Positions 8,928 through 18,290 of a stretch of 63,132 nucleotides of DNA are shown here, piece after piece. How positions within the stretch are numbered: the first letter of the stretch is position 1; each line of letters opens with the position of its first letter. Under the pieces are notes generated by a model that was not told the DNA's origin, made no database searches, and saw nothing but the letters and a program-made list of their open reading frames with translations. A program made the translations under genes and the position numbers. This DNA is from a virus. Its lineage: Duplodnaviria; Caudoviricetes. The stretch covers positions 1 through 63,132 of the IMG/VR virus record IMGVR_UViG_3300027759_000092; one strand, written 5' to 3'.

Positions 8928-9000
8928 TTCATGCAGTTAAAGGCGTATCAATCTTGCATGTTGTCTGCCGGGACAGTTTGATACACCGGAAAGCCCGGAT
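8928..9000 (-). ncRNA. candidate pseudoknotted 5' leader RNA
   Basis: Pairings GGTGTATCAA/TTGATACGCC, CCGGG/CCCGG and CATGCA/TGCATG between promoter and RBS. Confidence 0.45.
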
Positions 9001-9007
9001 TAATATG

Positions 9008-9036
9008 TTTATACCACTACGTTTAAACCAATGCAA
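9008..9036 (-). promoter_or_regulatory. sigma70-type promoter
   Basis: TTGCAT-17 nt-TATAAA with TG extension; GTTTAAAC lies in the spacer. Confidence 0.6.
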
Positions 9037-9037
9037 C

Positions 9038-9064
9038 AAAAAAGGGAGCCGAAGCTCCCTTTTT
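9038..9064 (-). terminator. rho-independent terminator after major capsid gene
   Basis: AAAAAGGGAGC-TTCG-GCTCCCTTTTTT. Confidence 0.85.
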
Positions 9065-9075
9065 CTTTTCGTCAA

Positions 9076-9987
9076 TTAGGACGAACCGGGTGAACCAAAG
9101 ATACCCAATGGATCTGACACGCCGAAGCTATAACGCTCACGGGCTTTGTAACGAACGTTACCTGTGTCAAAGTCACCGTCCATGCCTGTAGACATGGGGG
9201 TACGCACGAAGTGCTTCAGACCGTTAGGAACGTCAGTTAACAAGAACCAAGCGTTTGTGTCGGTCAAGAAGTGGTTAACGCAATATCCTTCAGGGATAGA
9301 GCCGTTGTTCTTCAATGCATTGATATCGTTGTCGGTTGTGCCAACACGCAATTCAGTCTCAAGGAGACGAGTTGCAACGAACATCAATGAAGGAGGAACC
9401 ACCAATTTCTTGGGTTTAGCGGCAATCAGCAAACTGCGCTCGTCTGTCCAAGCGGCGATCTGAATAACAGCGTTTTCCAACGATGTTTCATTCAAGTCAG
9501 CGCCTGTAGTAGGACGATTGCTGTTAGTACCACCGGAAACCAAGGGGTGAGCAGTAGAGCAAAGCACCACGCCGTCGCCATAAGTAGGGCCACCAGTGAA
9601 AGCGTTGTTCAGGACGTAAGCGGCCTTAACTTGCTTTGTGTAGGACATACCACGGGCCAAAGCCTTGGTGTAACGTGAAGACAAAGAGTCATACAAGTTA
9701 TCTTCCACAGCTTCCTCTGTGATGGAGAAGCCCATCGCAATGGTTTCGTGGGTGTAACGTGCAGTCCAAGCTTCCTGTGCATTGTCATAAGCGATGGCAG
9801 AACCCTCGTTTTTGACAGGAGCGGCAGAGAAACCAGACAGTTTCGTCTCTTCTTCAAAGCTACGCTCAGATGTCTCTGTTTCGTAGATCTCTTTGTGCTC
9901 TTCGCCGTATTTGGCGTACTCCAGACCGAACAATGCGTTCAGACCGGGGAGCAACTCTTTAAGTAGTTGTGCGCGTGAAATAGCCAT
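9076..9987 (-). CDS. major capsid protein (HK97 fold, Mu gpT-like group)
   Basis: 303 aa; follows portal and scaffold genes; strong terminator downstream; motifs LLPGLNALFG, PKKLVVPP, DFDTGNVRYKARERYSFG. Confidence 0.85.
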   Translation of the reverse strand: MAISRAQLLKELLPGLNALFGLEYAKYGEEHKEIYETETSERSFEEETKLSGFSAAPVKNEGSAIAYDNAQEAWTARYTHETIAMGFSITEEAVEDNLYDSLSSRYTKALARGMSYTKQVKAAYVLNNAFTGGPTYGDGVVLCSTAHPLVSGGTNSNRPTTGADLNETSLENAVIQIAAWTDERSLLIAAKPKKLVVPPSLMFVATRLLETELRVGTTDNDINALKNNGSIPEGYCVNHFLTDTNAWFLLTDVPNGLKHFVRTPMSTGMDGDFDTGNVRYKARERYSFGVSDPLGIFGSPGSS

Positions 9988-10000
9988 GGTAAGTTACTCC

Positions 10001-10615
10001 TTAAATGCCGGTAGTACTGTTGTACTGAGCCGTGTTGAATTTAACGAGAAACTCGTAATATGTTGTGGCGGCTACGTTGGCATTGCCAGTCGCAGTATCG
10101 GGCACAACGTCAACAACACGAACGGGAAGCGTATTGGTGGTGTTGGCGGAAGAACCGTCAATACCATAATACGAGTCACCTGTGGTGGTGGAACCAACTG
10201 TTGCAACCAAAGCCACGTTAGAACCAACAATCGCACGGCTATAAGCAGTGGGAGTAGTTCCGGCGGCAACAGTAGCGCAGACCTTGAACAGAGCACTAGG
10301 ATCATCCACAACAAAGGCAAAAGCCATGTTTGTAGACGTAGAGACTGCCGCAGGATAGTACTGCTGGAACGTAGGTTGACTCAACGAATTGATGTAGTTA
10401 CATCCAACTAACACACCAACAATGTTACCTGAGTCAGTTGTACTAGCGGCGACAATGTAGCCGTTAGTGTCAACCTTAACGGTGTCACCGTTCAGGATTG
10501 CTGTTGCGTAAGCAGGCGCGATTGGGATTTGACGGATCGCTCCGGCGTAGGGTAGACCATCCAGTCGGTTGACTGGCTTGAAACCATACGTCTTATCAAT
10601 GGTAGGGTATGCCAT
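10001..10615 (-). CDS. capsid cement/decoration protein
   Basis: 204 aa directly upstream of MCP; YGFKPV, NGDTVK, VDDP motifs. Confidence 0.6.
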   Translation of the reverse strand: MAYPTIDKTYGFKPVNRLDGLPYAGAIRQIPIAPAYATAILNGDTVKVDTNGYIVAASTTDSGNIVGVLVGCNYINSLSQPTFQQYYPAAVSTSTNMAFAFVVDDPSALFKVCATVAAGTTPTAYSRAIVGSNVALVATVGSTTTGDSYYGIDGSSANTTNTLPVRVVDVVPDTATGNANVAATTYYEFLVKFNTAQYNSTTGI

Positions 10616-10632
10616 CTATAGACTCCAAAAAG

Positions 10633-11091
10633 TTAAACACCTTTACCGAAAGTGACCGTGGACTTACGTTCTTTGAACATAGGCATCCTCGGATCGTTCT
10701 CTCGCATGTAAGTATTGTCCACTGACTGCATTTGCGCTTCCGCTTGTTGGCGGTAGTAAGCATCACGCTGTTCAGTAAACTCTACTGGGGTTTTGCAAAG
10801 CAACAAACCTCCCACTTCGATACTGTCCGGGAACCTTGCCGTTGTGGCATTGAACAGACGTATCTCGGGGTGATCGGAAGCCTTAACAGGTTCCCAGCCC
10901 TCGGCAAGCTTTGAGGAATAGTTCGTGGCATCATCTTTTCCTTGCACTGCAATCCGAATCCAGCGAAACGCATAACCATCCTCCGGGTTGGGATCAGGTA
11001 GTAGTTTTGGCGGCATCCATTGCTTTGGACGCTCCGAAACTTCGCGGGTACTCAGGTCACGGCCTGTACGAGCAGATTTTTCCATTTTCAT
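10633..11091 (-). CDS. conserved head-module protein
   Basis: GYAFRWIR...EGWEPV...GGLLLCK; between scaffold and cement genes. Confidence 0.6.
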   Translation of the reverse strand: MKMEKSARTGRDLSTREVSERPKQWMPPKLLPDPNPEDGYAFRWIRIAVQGKDDATNYSSKLAEGWEPVKASDHPEIRLFNATTARFPDSIEVGGLLLCKTPVEFTEQRDAYYRQQAEAQMQSVDNTYMRENDPRMPMFKERKSTVTFGKGV

Positions 11092-12032
11092 TTCCTCATT
11101 TCATTTGCAACCGCACGGGCATACTGTTCATTTGTCAGTCCTAACCGTTTGGCGAGATTCACTTGTGACTGCGTAAGTACGATCTTTTTAGGCGCTGTAC
11201 TACGGGTTGCAGGTGAAACAACATTGGATTTGGTACGTTGAGGTTTCGCATCAACGGACTCCCCGACTCCAATTTGGTCGGGAAATCTTTCGCGGATGTC
11301 AGTGTCTATACGTTTATAGTATTCGTCACTGCCAACCCGTACACCACTCTCCACAAGCTCTTCATGCAACCCTAAGGCGTATGAAGTCATCCGTTTGTTA
11401 CTACCGAACCATCGATTTTGGTCTTGCCATGCAGATAGTTTTTCGTCCACGGGTGCAGGCTGTGGAGCCTGTTGTGTGATTTGTACAGGAGTTTCTTCTT
11501 CCTGTAAAGGGGTAGGCTTAAAATTATTTACTTTATCTGCGCGGATCTTAGCGGTAGTGAGTGCTTCCTGAGCATCCAATAGCTTATCTGCGTCTCCAGA
11601 TTCGTAGGCTTCCTTGTAGAGGCGCTTGGCCTCTTCAATTTCGCCAGTAATAACTTTCTTAGCCTGCTCCAGTAGAACAGTCTGTCCCTGATTAACAGAA
11701 CCTTTGAGCTTTTTGTTCTCCTCAACCATAGATTGGGCGAACTTAATTGCTTCGTCTTTCTCTCGTTGAGCGGCTTCCTTAGCTCTGCGTTCCTCGTGGT
11801 AGCCCTTGGTAAAGTGTTTAAACCTATTCTTTACGCTCTCTGAATAGGTTGCCAACTCTTCCTCCGTGGGATCCTGCGGGGGTTCAGCCATGGGCGTTCT
11901 GTACTTGTCTTCTTCGGGGGTATCGTCTACCACCTCAATTTCAGGTTCAGCCTCTACAACTTTACCGCCCTTACGAGAGTTCTCTTCCTTTTCATCAGGG
12001 AACTCAAATTCGGTCTTTTCAATTTCAGCCAT
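11088..12032 (-). CDS. capsid scaffolding protein
   Basis: Acidic N-terminus, coiled-coil core, C-terminal LTQSQVNLAKRLGLTNEQYA helix motif; position between portal and MCP. Confidence 0.7.
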   Translation of the reverse strand: MAEIEKTEFEFPDEKEENSRKGGKVVEAEPEIEVVDDTPEEDKYRTPMAEPPQDPTEEELATYSESVKNRFKHFTKGYHEERRAKEAAQREKDEAIKFAQSMVEENKKLKGSVNQGQTVLLEQAKKVITGEIEEAKRLYKEAYESGDADKLLDAQEALTTAKIRADKVNNFKPTPLQEEETPVQITQQAPQPAPVDEKLSAWQDQNRWFGSNKRMTSYALGLHEELVESGVRVGSDEYYKRIDTDIRERFPDQIGVGESVDAKPQRTKSNVVSPATRSTAPKKIVLTQSQVNLAKRLGLTNEQYARAVANEMRK

Positions 12033-12041
12033 GATTTCTCC

Positions 12042-12446
12042 TTAAGTTGGACGTTGGATGCCACGGGGGTCTTGAACCACCGCCTGCACTGAGTCGTCAT
12101 TAATGAGTCTCCACTCCGTACCGTGAATCTTCATGCGGGTTCCCGTGTTAGGACGTACTAACACAAAGTCTCCCACCTTACAGGACGGGCCAGAAGGGAA
12201 TCGGGCTTTATCTGCAAAAGCATCGGGGCCAATCTTAGCTACAAATAACACGGGGGAAAGAAGCTCCTCGTGGTAAATCGCAGTTGCAGATTTAAGGATC
12301 CCTGTTTCGCTGAACTCTTCTTCTGCTTTGGGAAGCATACAGAGGAGGTGGTAAGTGGCCGGATCGGGCACTTGTTTAGCTTTCTCTTCGATGGAGGTGT
12401 TAAGCACTCCACTCAGATCCACCGCACTAACATCAAAGTCAGTCAT
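12042..12446 (-). CDS. GroES/Cpn10-like co-chaperonin
   Basis: TGILK, VAKIGPDA, KVGDFVLV, RLINDDSVQAVV pattern; ATG at 12446. Confidence 0.75.
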   Translation of the reverse strand: MTDFDVSAVDLSGVLNTSIEEKAKQVPDPATYHLLCMLPKAEEEFSETGILKSATAIYHEELLSPVLFVAKIGPDAFADKARFPSGPSCKVGDFVLVRPNTGTRMKIHGTEWRLINDDSVQAVVQDPRGIQRPT

Positions 12447-12636
12447 CTTCATACTCTTTCGTTTTTCGCACAAGGTCAGCAATTTCATACTGCGCGGTTT
12501 GCAGACCTCGGATATTGCCGCACAGTTCTTTGTAGTGATCGTGGGATTTAGCACCACCCTCACTGACAATCTGAATCAACTGCTTGAGGTGTTCTTCAAG
12601 CTTCTTGTTTAAACTTTCAAGCAGAGGATTCATCAT
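12439..12636 (-). CDS. small helical hypothetical protein
   Basis: 65 aa, coupled to portal and GroES-like genes. Confidence 0.65.
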   Translation of the reverse strand: MMNPLLESLNKKLEEHLKQLIQIVSEGGAKSHDHYKELCGNIRGLQTAQYEIADLVRKTKEYEDD

Positions 12637-15122
12637 TCACCTTTCGGTTTGTTGTTTGCGTTAAGCATCATTTGAAGAAGTTTTTGTTTAGCTTCAAGAT
12701 CTTGCTTCTGTTGGTTGTGAGCCAACGCTTGCTGGTGTTCTTCTTGCGCTCGGGTCATTTCTGACTGATGCCTCATAGCTTCCATGGCAATCTCCTGTTG
12801 CTGGCGCTGTGCGGCCATGGCAGGGTCTTCGCCTTGTTTGGTTGCCATATCCTGAGCTTTGAGTTGCAGTTCTGCTTGCTTGATAGCAAGCTCTCCCTGA
12901 ACCTTCTGAGCCTTGGTTTGAGCATCTTGTTGCTTGATCTGAAGCTCTGCCTGTTGCATCTGCATGACGGGGTCTTGCATTTGTTGTTGGGCTTGTTTCT
13001 GAGCCGCTTCGTTCTTGTTGATCTGGAGCAACTGAGCCGCCGCCTGAGCAACCAACTTGGACAACTGAACTTCAATGTCCTCTGGCATTTCAATGTTGGG
13101 CTTAGGTAAGGTGACACCCAGACGTTGCTCAATCTTGGAGCGGTACTGGAACGCAATGTGTTCCGCTACGTGCGCCATGATTGCGGCCTGCATCTGTTGA
13201 GCCATGGGGTTTTGCCCCATTTGCCCCATGACCATGGGATCCTGCATCATGGATGTATGTACAGCTATGTGTGCATCATGATCCTGATAGATGAAGGCTT
13301 TGGTTGGTTTACCTGTAAGGAATGCCATGTTCTCGGAGATAGGATCTCTGGGGGTCATGTCATCGTCTATAGGAACTAACTTGTCTGCGTTCTTGATACC
13401 TAGAACCTCAATCATCTGGCGGTGCAAGATGGGCAGGTTGTAGATCTGAGGAGCACCTTGAGCCAACTGAATCACAGCTTGATACTGCATGATCCTTTGA
13501 GCCATCGTTGCGCTGTTAGGATCTGATACGGGAATGACATCCACCATGTCATAGTCAGAGCGTTTAGCCTGTGGCGTTCCTGCAACAGGTGTGTACTCAT
13601 AGGACTCTGGGGTGTAGTCTCTGATGATTGACTTAAGGAGTTTAAACTCTTGTTTCATTGAGTAATGAACACGAGCCTGCACCGCAGACATTGTCTTAAG
13701 CTGGCGCTCAAGCAAAGCCAAAGTCGTACCTACAGGGGCGTTGGCAGACATATCGCTGATGTTCATATCTGCGATTGATCCAAGTCTCCGGCCTTCGTCT
13801 GTGATCTGGTTTAAGAGAGCCAAGAGAACCTGAGAGGGTTCCTTGTATGGCAGAGCCATGATGTTCTCTTTGACTGACCCACTGGGTACGTCCACATCTC
13901 GGAACTCACCGGGATTGATTGGGGTATCGTCATCCTTGATCCTTAGACCACGGGTCTTCAATCCACCGGGCAGATTAGACAGAGTACCTGCGTCTACGAG
14001 TTGACGAATGATAGATGTGCCTGCACGGGCGTAACCACCGATCAGGTGAATTAGACCCAGACCATAAGCACCAAATCCGGGTACATAGGTGTACTGGACA
14101 AAATGCTGGCGCTTTAAACGGTGCTCATCATCTTCATCCCAGTTACGTCGGACAGCAAGAATTTTTGTAGTCCCACGCTCCAAGGTAATGACGTAGGGAA
14201 GAGCAATCCCATCCTCATCCTCATAACCCGGTAAGTCGTAGTCTACGTGGATCTCATAAATCTGGTAGCGGTCATCATCCGATAGGTTGTAGCCTTGGTC
14301 TTCGGCTTTCTTCTTCTCTACGTCCGTGTAGAACTGGAGAGGATCTCCGAGGTCTTCATCCAGATAGAAACCTGAAACCTGAAGCTTGCGGATATCGTTC
14401 TTGGTCTTACGCATGATGTGCGTCACACGCTCGGAGGTCATGGCACTAGAAGCACCGTAGGGGATGATCACATCTTCAGCAGGGATAAAGATGGATGCCT
14501 GACGACCCATAGAAGGATCGTAGTAAACCTTCTTGAATGCCGCTCCGGCCAGACCTAGGGAGTACAGCATTCTTTCATGCTCAGGACGGTACTCAGGCAT
14601 ACCTTCCGTGAGCTTGTAGTTCATGTCGTCTTTGACACGCTCCGCCGCCTCTTCTTTAAGTTTATCAATTGCGCCAATGATCTCTGTCTTAACGGGGCCT
14701 TGAGCCGGGAATGTCTCAATAATAGTCTCACTTTGGAAACGGACAGCGGCTTCTGTAAGGACGGTCGAAAATACGCCACAGGCTCCAAGCCAAGGCTCTG
14801 TCCTTTCTTCATATTTCATCCCCAAAACATCTAGACCTTTGACGTACATATCAACCCAGTCTTTTCTGGAATTAATATCTGCGTCCACCATTTCAATCAG
14901 ATCACTGGCAATCTTCTGAAGTTCCCCTGCGTCCATGTATTCTGCGAGGTTGTCGCTAAAGCCTTCTTCCTCTTCCTCGGGCATCATGTCGATCTCGATG
15001 CCGTCCATGTTTAAACGCACCCCTTCTGGGTTCTCTATTTCAATCTCGATGACTGGTGTGTCGTCAAGCTCTAGGGCGTTTAAACCCATAGGGGCTTGGC
15101 TCAATGATTGTTCAATACTCAT
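12633..15122 (-). CDS. portal protein with long Gln-rich C-terminal barrel
   Basis: 829 aa immediately after TerL; P22-like Gln-rich coiled-coil tail. Confidence 0.85.
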   Translation of the reverse strand: MSIEQSLSQAPMGLNALELDDTPVIEIEIENPEGVRLNMDGIEIDMMPEEEEEGFSDNLAEYMDAGELQKIASDLIEMVDADINSRKDWVDMYVKGLDVLGMKYEERTEPWLGACGVFSTVLTEAAVRFQSETIIETFPAQGPVKTEIIGAIDKLKEEAAERVKDDMNYKLTEGMPEYRPEHERMLYSLGLAGAAFKKVYYDPSMGRQASIFIPAEDVIIPYGASSAMTSERVTHIMRKTKNDIRKLQVSGFYLDEDLGDPLQFYTDVEKKKAEDQGYNLSDDDRYQIYEIHVDYDLPGYEDEDGIALPYVITLERGTTKILAVRRNWDEDDEHRLKRQHFVQYTYVPGFGAYGLGLIHLIGGYARAGTSIIRQLVDAGTLSNLPGGLKTRGLRIKDDDTPINPGEFRDVDVPSGSVKENIMALPYKEPSQVLLALLNQITDEGRRLGSIADMNISDMSANAPVGTTLALLERQLKTMSAVQARVHYSMKQEFKLLKSIIRDYTPESYEYTPVAGTPQAKRSDYDMVDVIPVSDPNSATMAQRIMQYQAVIQLAQGAPQIYNLPILHRQMIEVLGIKNADKLVPIDDDMTPRDPISENMAFLTGKPTKAFIYQDHDAHIAVHTSMMQDPMVMGQMGQNPMAQQMQAAIMAHVAEHIAFQYRSKIEQRLGVTLPKPNIEMPEDIEVQLSKLVAQAAAQLLQINKNEAAQKQAQQQMQDPVMQMQQAELQIKQQDAQTKAQKVQGELAIKQAELQLKAQDMATKQGEDPAMAAQRQQQEIAMEAMRHQSEMTRAQEEHQQALAHNQQKQDLEAKQKLLQMMLNANNKPKGE

Positions 15123-15130
15123 AATGTTCC

Positions 15131-16630
15131 TTAGTAGTAAGCTACTTTTCTGCGGTAGTTAATAGGCTCATCTTCTTCATCTGAGTCGATGGAGATGAAG
15201 CCCCCCAGTCGAAACCGCATCAAAGCCTGACTGCTTGAGTCCACAAGGTCGTCATGATCTCCGTTAGGAAAGGAAGCGAGTTCATCCATCACTTCTTCTG
15301 CCCATCGGGTATCGGGACACCAGACCATGCCGGACTCAAACAAAGCAGAGATTGCGTTTACACGCGATATCTTATCGTTTCCTTTACCCGGCGTATACTC
15401 TGCAATAGGAATTCCCATCTTCCGCATCTCATAGATCAAAGGAGCGCCAGCCGCTCTCTTCTCAATGATCAACGTGTCTGGTTCAAACTCTTTGTATAGA
15501 TCTAAAGCTCTGCGTTTGAGTTCAGGGAACTCCATACGCTCCTTCATTGCGTCCAGAAGAATGATGTTTGGCTTTAGATCACCAGTTTTATTGGGGTGTT
15601 GGAATACACCCCAAGTTGTACAGGCTGAATAGTCGGCTCGGTTGTTCTTTTCAAAGGCAGTGTCCCAAGATTGGATGATGTATTCACATGAAGGAGGGTG
15701 TTTCTCCTCCCAGATCTGCCAATGTTCCCGTTTAACAATCGCACCTTCTTCAGATGTGGGGTTTTGTTGGTACTGAGCTTCCCATTTAGAGACTGGAAGC
15801 TCTGATTTCAGGGCTTCTAAGGCTGTTTTAGACCAAAATCCGGGCCATAAAGGGTTCCCATTGGGCATAATCGCCGGAAAATCAATGATTTCCCACTGAT
15901 CTACGCCATCTTTGCCTGAATTCTTAAGGATTTGGCCTGTTAAGTCCCTCTTAGACCACCGAGTCATCACAATAATAATTGCGCCACCGGGTTGTAAACG
16001 CTGACGAGGGCCAGATGTGTACCACTCATACACATTATCAAAGACTGCGGGGTTACCTTGCTTGGCTTCCTGCTCTGAATGGGGGTCGTCAATGATTAAA
16101 AGATCAGCGCCCTTACCTGTAACAGCGCCGCCAACACCGATAGCAAAGTAATCGCCACCCACATGAGTATTCCAGCGACCAGCGGCCTTTGAATCGCTCG
16201 ACAGCTTAGTCTGAAATACCTTTTGATACTGTTCTGATGAAACAAGATTCCTAACCTTTCGTCCAAAGCCCGTAGCAAGTTCTGCGGTGTGTGCAGTCTG
16301 AATAATCTTCTTATGCGGGAACTTCCCCAAAAACCACGCAGGTAAAAGAAAAGAAGCAAACTCAGACTTGGTATGCCTAGGAGGCATGTTAACGATTAAC
16401 CGCTTAAGTTCTCCACGGGCAACTCTCTCAAAAGCATCTGCCATCACCTTGTGATGGCTTCCAGAGATAAAGATAGGCCACATCTGGGTAACGAAGTACA
16501 GGAATGATTCTTTGGATCTCTCAACCTTGTCCATCTCCAGTAGGGCTTGGATCTTTGCCCTGTTGTCTGGAGAAGCCTTAGGAACCATCTCTAAGTACTT
16601 CTGGATCTCTGCGTGGGTTAAGAGGCTCAT
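15131..16630 (-). CDS. terL: terminase large subunit
   Basis: Walker A-like MPPRHTKS, Walker B LLIIDDP, VMTRW coupling motif, nuclease SWDTA...HDDLVD. Confidence 0.95.
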   Translation of the reverse strand: MSLLTHAEIQKYLEMVPKASPDNRAKIQALLEMDKVERSKESFLYFVTQMWPIFISGSHHKVMADAFERVARGELKRLIVNMPPRHTKSEFASFLLPAWFLGKFPHKKIIQTAHTAELATGFGRKVRNLVSSEQYQKVFQTKLSSDSKAAGRWNTHVGGDYFAIGVGGAVTGKGADLLIIDDPHSEQEAKQGNPAVFDNVYEWYTSGPRQRLQPGGAIIIVMTRWSKRDLTGQILKNSGKDGVDQWEIIDFPAIMPNGNPLWPGFWSKTALEALKSELPVSKWEAQYQQNPTSEEGAIVKREHWQIWEEKHPPSCEYIIQSWDTAFEKNNRADYSACTTWGVFQHPNKTGDLKPNIILLDAMKERMEFPELKRRALDLYKEFEPDTLIIEKRAAGAPLIYEMRKMGIPIAEYTPGKGNDKISRVNAISALFESGMVWCPDTRWAEEVMDELASFPNGDHDDLVDSSSQALMRFRLGGFISIDSDEEDEPINYRRKVAYY

Positions 16631-16857
16631 AGACGTACCACTTCACGTACGCTTGTATCGACCAACTTGATTGAATGAAACTTATATGGACGGACGGTCA
16701 GGTGACCGTCTTCCTTTAGTCTATGGACAATCCTGTGGACATTTGACTTAGAACTCAATCCAATTCCTTTGGCTATAACTTCATAAGACGGAGGTACACC
16801 ATGCAACCTAATGTATGCACGGATGAAGTCTAAAACTAACTGTCTGCGCTTGCTCAT
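16627..16857 (-). CDS. LexA-like DNA-binding domain only (no peptidase domain)
   Basis: LDFIRAYIRLHGVPPSYEVIAKGIGLSSKSNVHRIVHRLKEDGHL matches the LexA winged-helix pattern. Confidence 0.8.
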   Translation of the reverse strand: MSKRRQLVLDFIRAYIRLHGVPPSYEVIAKGIGLSSKSNVHRIVHRLKEDGHLTVRPYKFHSIKLVDTSVREVVRL

Positions 16858-16923
16858 TCATTTCCCGGGAACACATATGAGGGCACACTGCCCAGATCAG
16901 TGACTAGCCGTCCAGTTGGGTTG

Positions 16924-17154
16924 TCATCCACAATGTGCCTTCATATAAGTTCTAAGCTCCTTCAATCCACCTACACGGACATCATCAATAAAAACCTGAG
17001 GTACTTCCTCAGAATGGTTGTACTTAAGCCACAACCTAGCATCATTGTTCTGCGTGATGTCATATTCCAAGAACTCAAGGTTGTTAGACTTAAGCAAGCT
17101 CTCTGCGTTTAAACAGTCTTCACAACCGGGCTTCGTGTAAACAGTGATGTCCAT
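16924..17154 (-). CDS. glutaredoxin-like protein
   Basis: YTKPGCEDC, VPQVFI, VGG motifs; AAGGAG RBS. Confidence 0.85.
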   Translation of the reverse strand: MDITVYTKPGCEDCLNAESLLKSNNLEFLEYDITQNNDARLWLKYNHSEEVPQVFIDDVRVGGLKELRTYMKAHCG

Positions 17155-17172
17155 GATGATCTCCTTAATCTA

Positions 17173-17201
17173 AGTTTAAACGCATATGCGAACGTTCGCA
17201 A
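17173..17201 (-). promoter_or_regulatory. sigma70-type promoter overlapped by palindromes
   Basis: TTGCGA-17 nt-TAAACT; palindromes TGCGAACGTTCGCA (17187-17200) and CGCATATGCG (17181-17190). Confidence 0.6.
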
Positions 17202-17361
17202 GGGGTAATTTAAAAATATATATAGGGGTGGGGGTGGACGATTTGGAAATGAAGGGGGGGTGTTTCCTATATAGAACGTAACCGTTTGTGTGGATTCGAG
17301 CGTAATAGGCGGAGGGGTGTCGCATCGCACCAAGTGGCTCTCGGGGGGCGGTGGGGTCAGC

Positions 17362-18060
17362 CTAATCTGCGTTTACACGCCCCTCATGCACACCTGCATC
17401 TGGCTCTGGTGTACTGTTTAAACGGGTCATGCTCTTGGCATCTACATCTAGCACATTGACCTTGCCCTGCTCTAGTAACTTGATGTGCCCTGCAAGTTCT
17501 CGCTTCAATTGGTCTGCGGTGATCACTGCTTTGTCTGCTACATCTGTAGGTGTAAACAGGCCACAGGCCTTGCCCATCAGTTCCAGTGCTCTCAGTCTTG
17601 ATGACTCTGTTTGAGCGTCCTTGCTTAGTGCAAGCAACCCCTTCAACACATACCTCTTGGACGCTGAGATGTCCTCACTCAGGTGTTCTATGGTTTCAGC
17701 CCATGCATCCTTCAGAGCATGTTTGACCCTTGGGTCATTCATCAGCTTGTTGGCTGATGCACTGATGCTTGCATCTGATCCTGTGTCATTGGCATATGCA
17801 TCCCTATAGGCTTGCCTTAAGCTTTTCCCTCTGATAACTCCCTGAGTGAACATCACTTGCCTTGGACTCAGAGGTTTAGGTCTTGGTGTACCTGATCCTT
17901 TATGTACTCCATCCTTTCTTAGCTTAGGACTCTCTGCGGCATGGGCTAACTGTTCCGCTTCGCTCAGGTCTGCGAGGCCGTCATCACCCTCCCAATCCCC
18001 GTCATGTTGCAGTGCATCATCCAACTCCCGCCTGTACTCATTCACGTTGACCTTGCTCAT
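17362..18060 (-). CDS. terminase small subunit-like protein
   Basis: LSPRQVMF...QAYRDAY...ASANKLM HTH and RLRALELMGK...GLF motif; ATG at 18060. Confidence 0.75.
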   Translation of the reverse strand: MSKVNVNEYRRELDDALQHDGDWEGDDGLADLSEAEQLAHAAESPKLRKDGVHKGSGTPRPKPLSPRQVMFTQGVIRGKSLRQAYRDAYANDTGSDASISASANKLMNDPRVKHALKDAWAETIEHLSEDISASKRYVLKGLLALSKDAQTESSRLRALELMGKACGLFTPTDVADKAVITADQLKRELAGHIKLLEQGKVNVLDVDAKSMTRLNSTPEPDAGVHEGRVNAD

Positions 18061-18141
18061 GTTTAAACACCCCCGAATGTTAGTAACCGCAAACATAACC
18101 ATCCACTCATGTATGGACACCCACTGTTCCCATTATACAGG

Positions 18142-18290
18142 TTATCCACAGGTTATCAACCCCTGTGGATAAGTCCCAAAGTTATCCACAGGTTATTCAT
18201 TTTGGTGCAGTTAGGGTTTACCCACGTTATCCACAGCAGTCGGAAAGTTATCCACACAAAATGTGGACAAAATAGGGGTAGTTATCCACA
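18142..18290. promoter_or_regulatory. DnaA-box cluster
   Basis: TTATCCACA at 18142, 18182, 18227, 18248, 18282; TGTGGATAA at 18164; one-mismatch TGTGGACAA at 18262. Confidence 0.85.
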
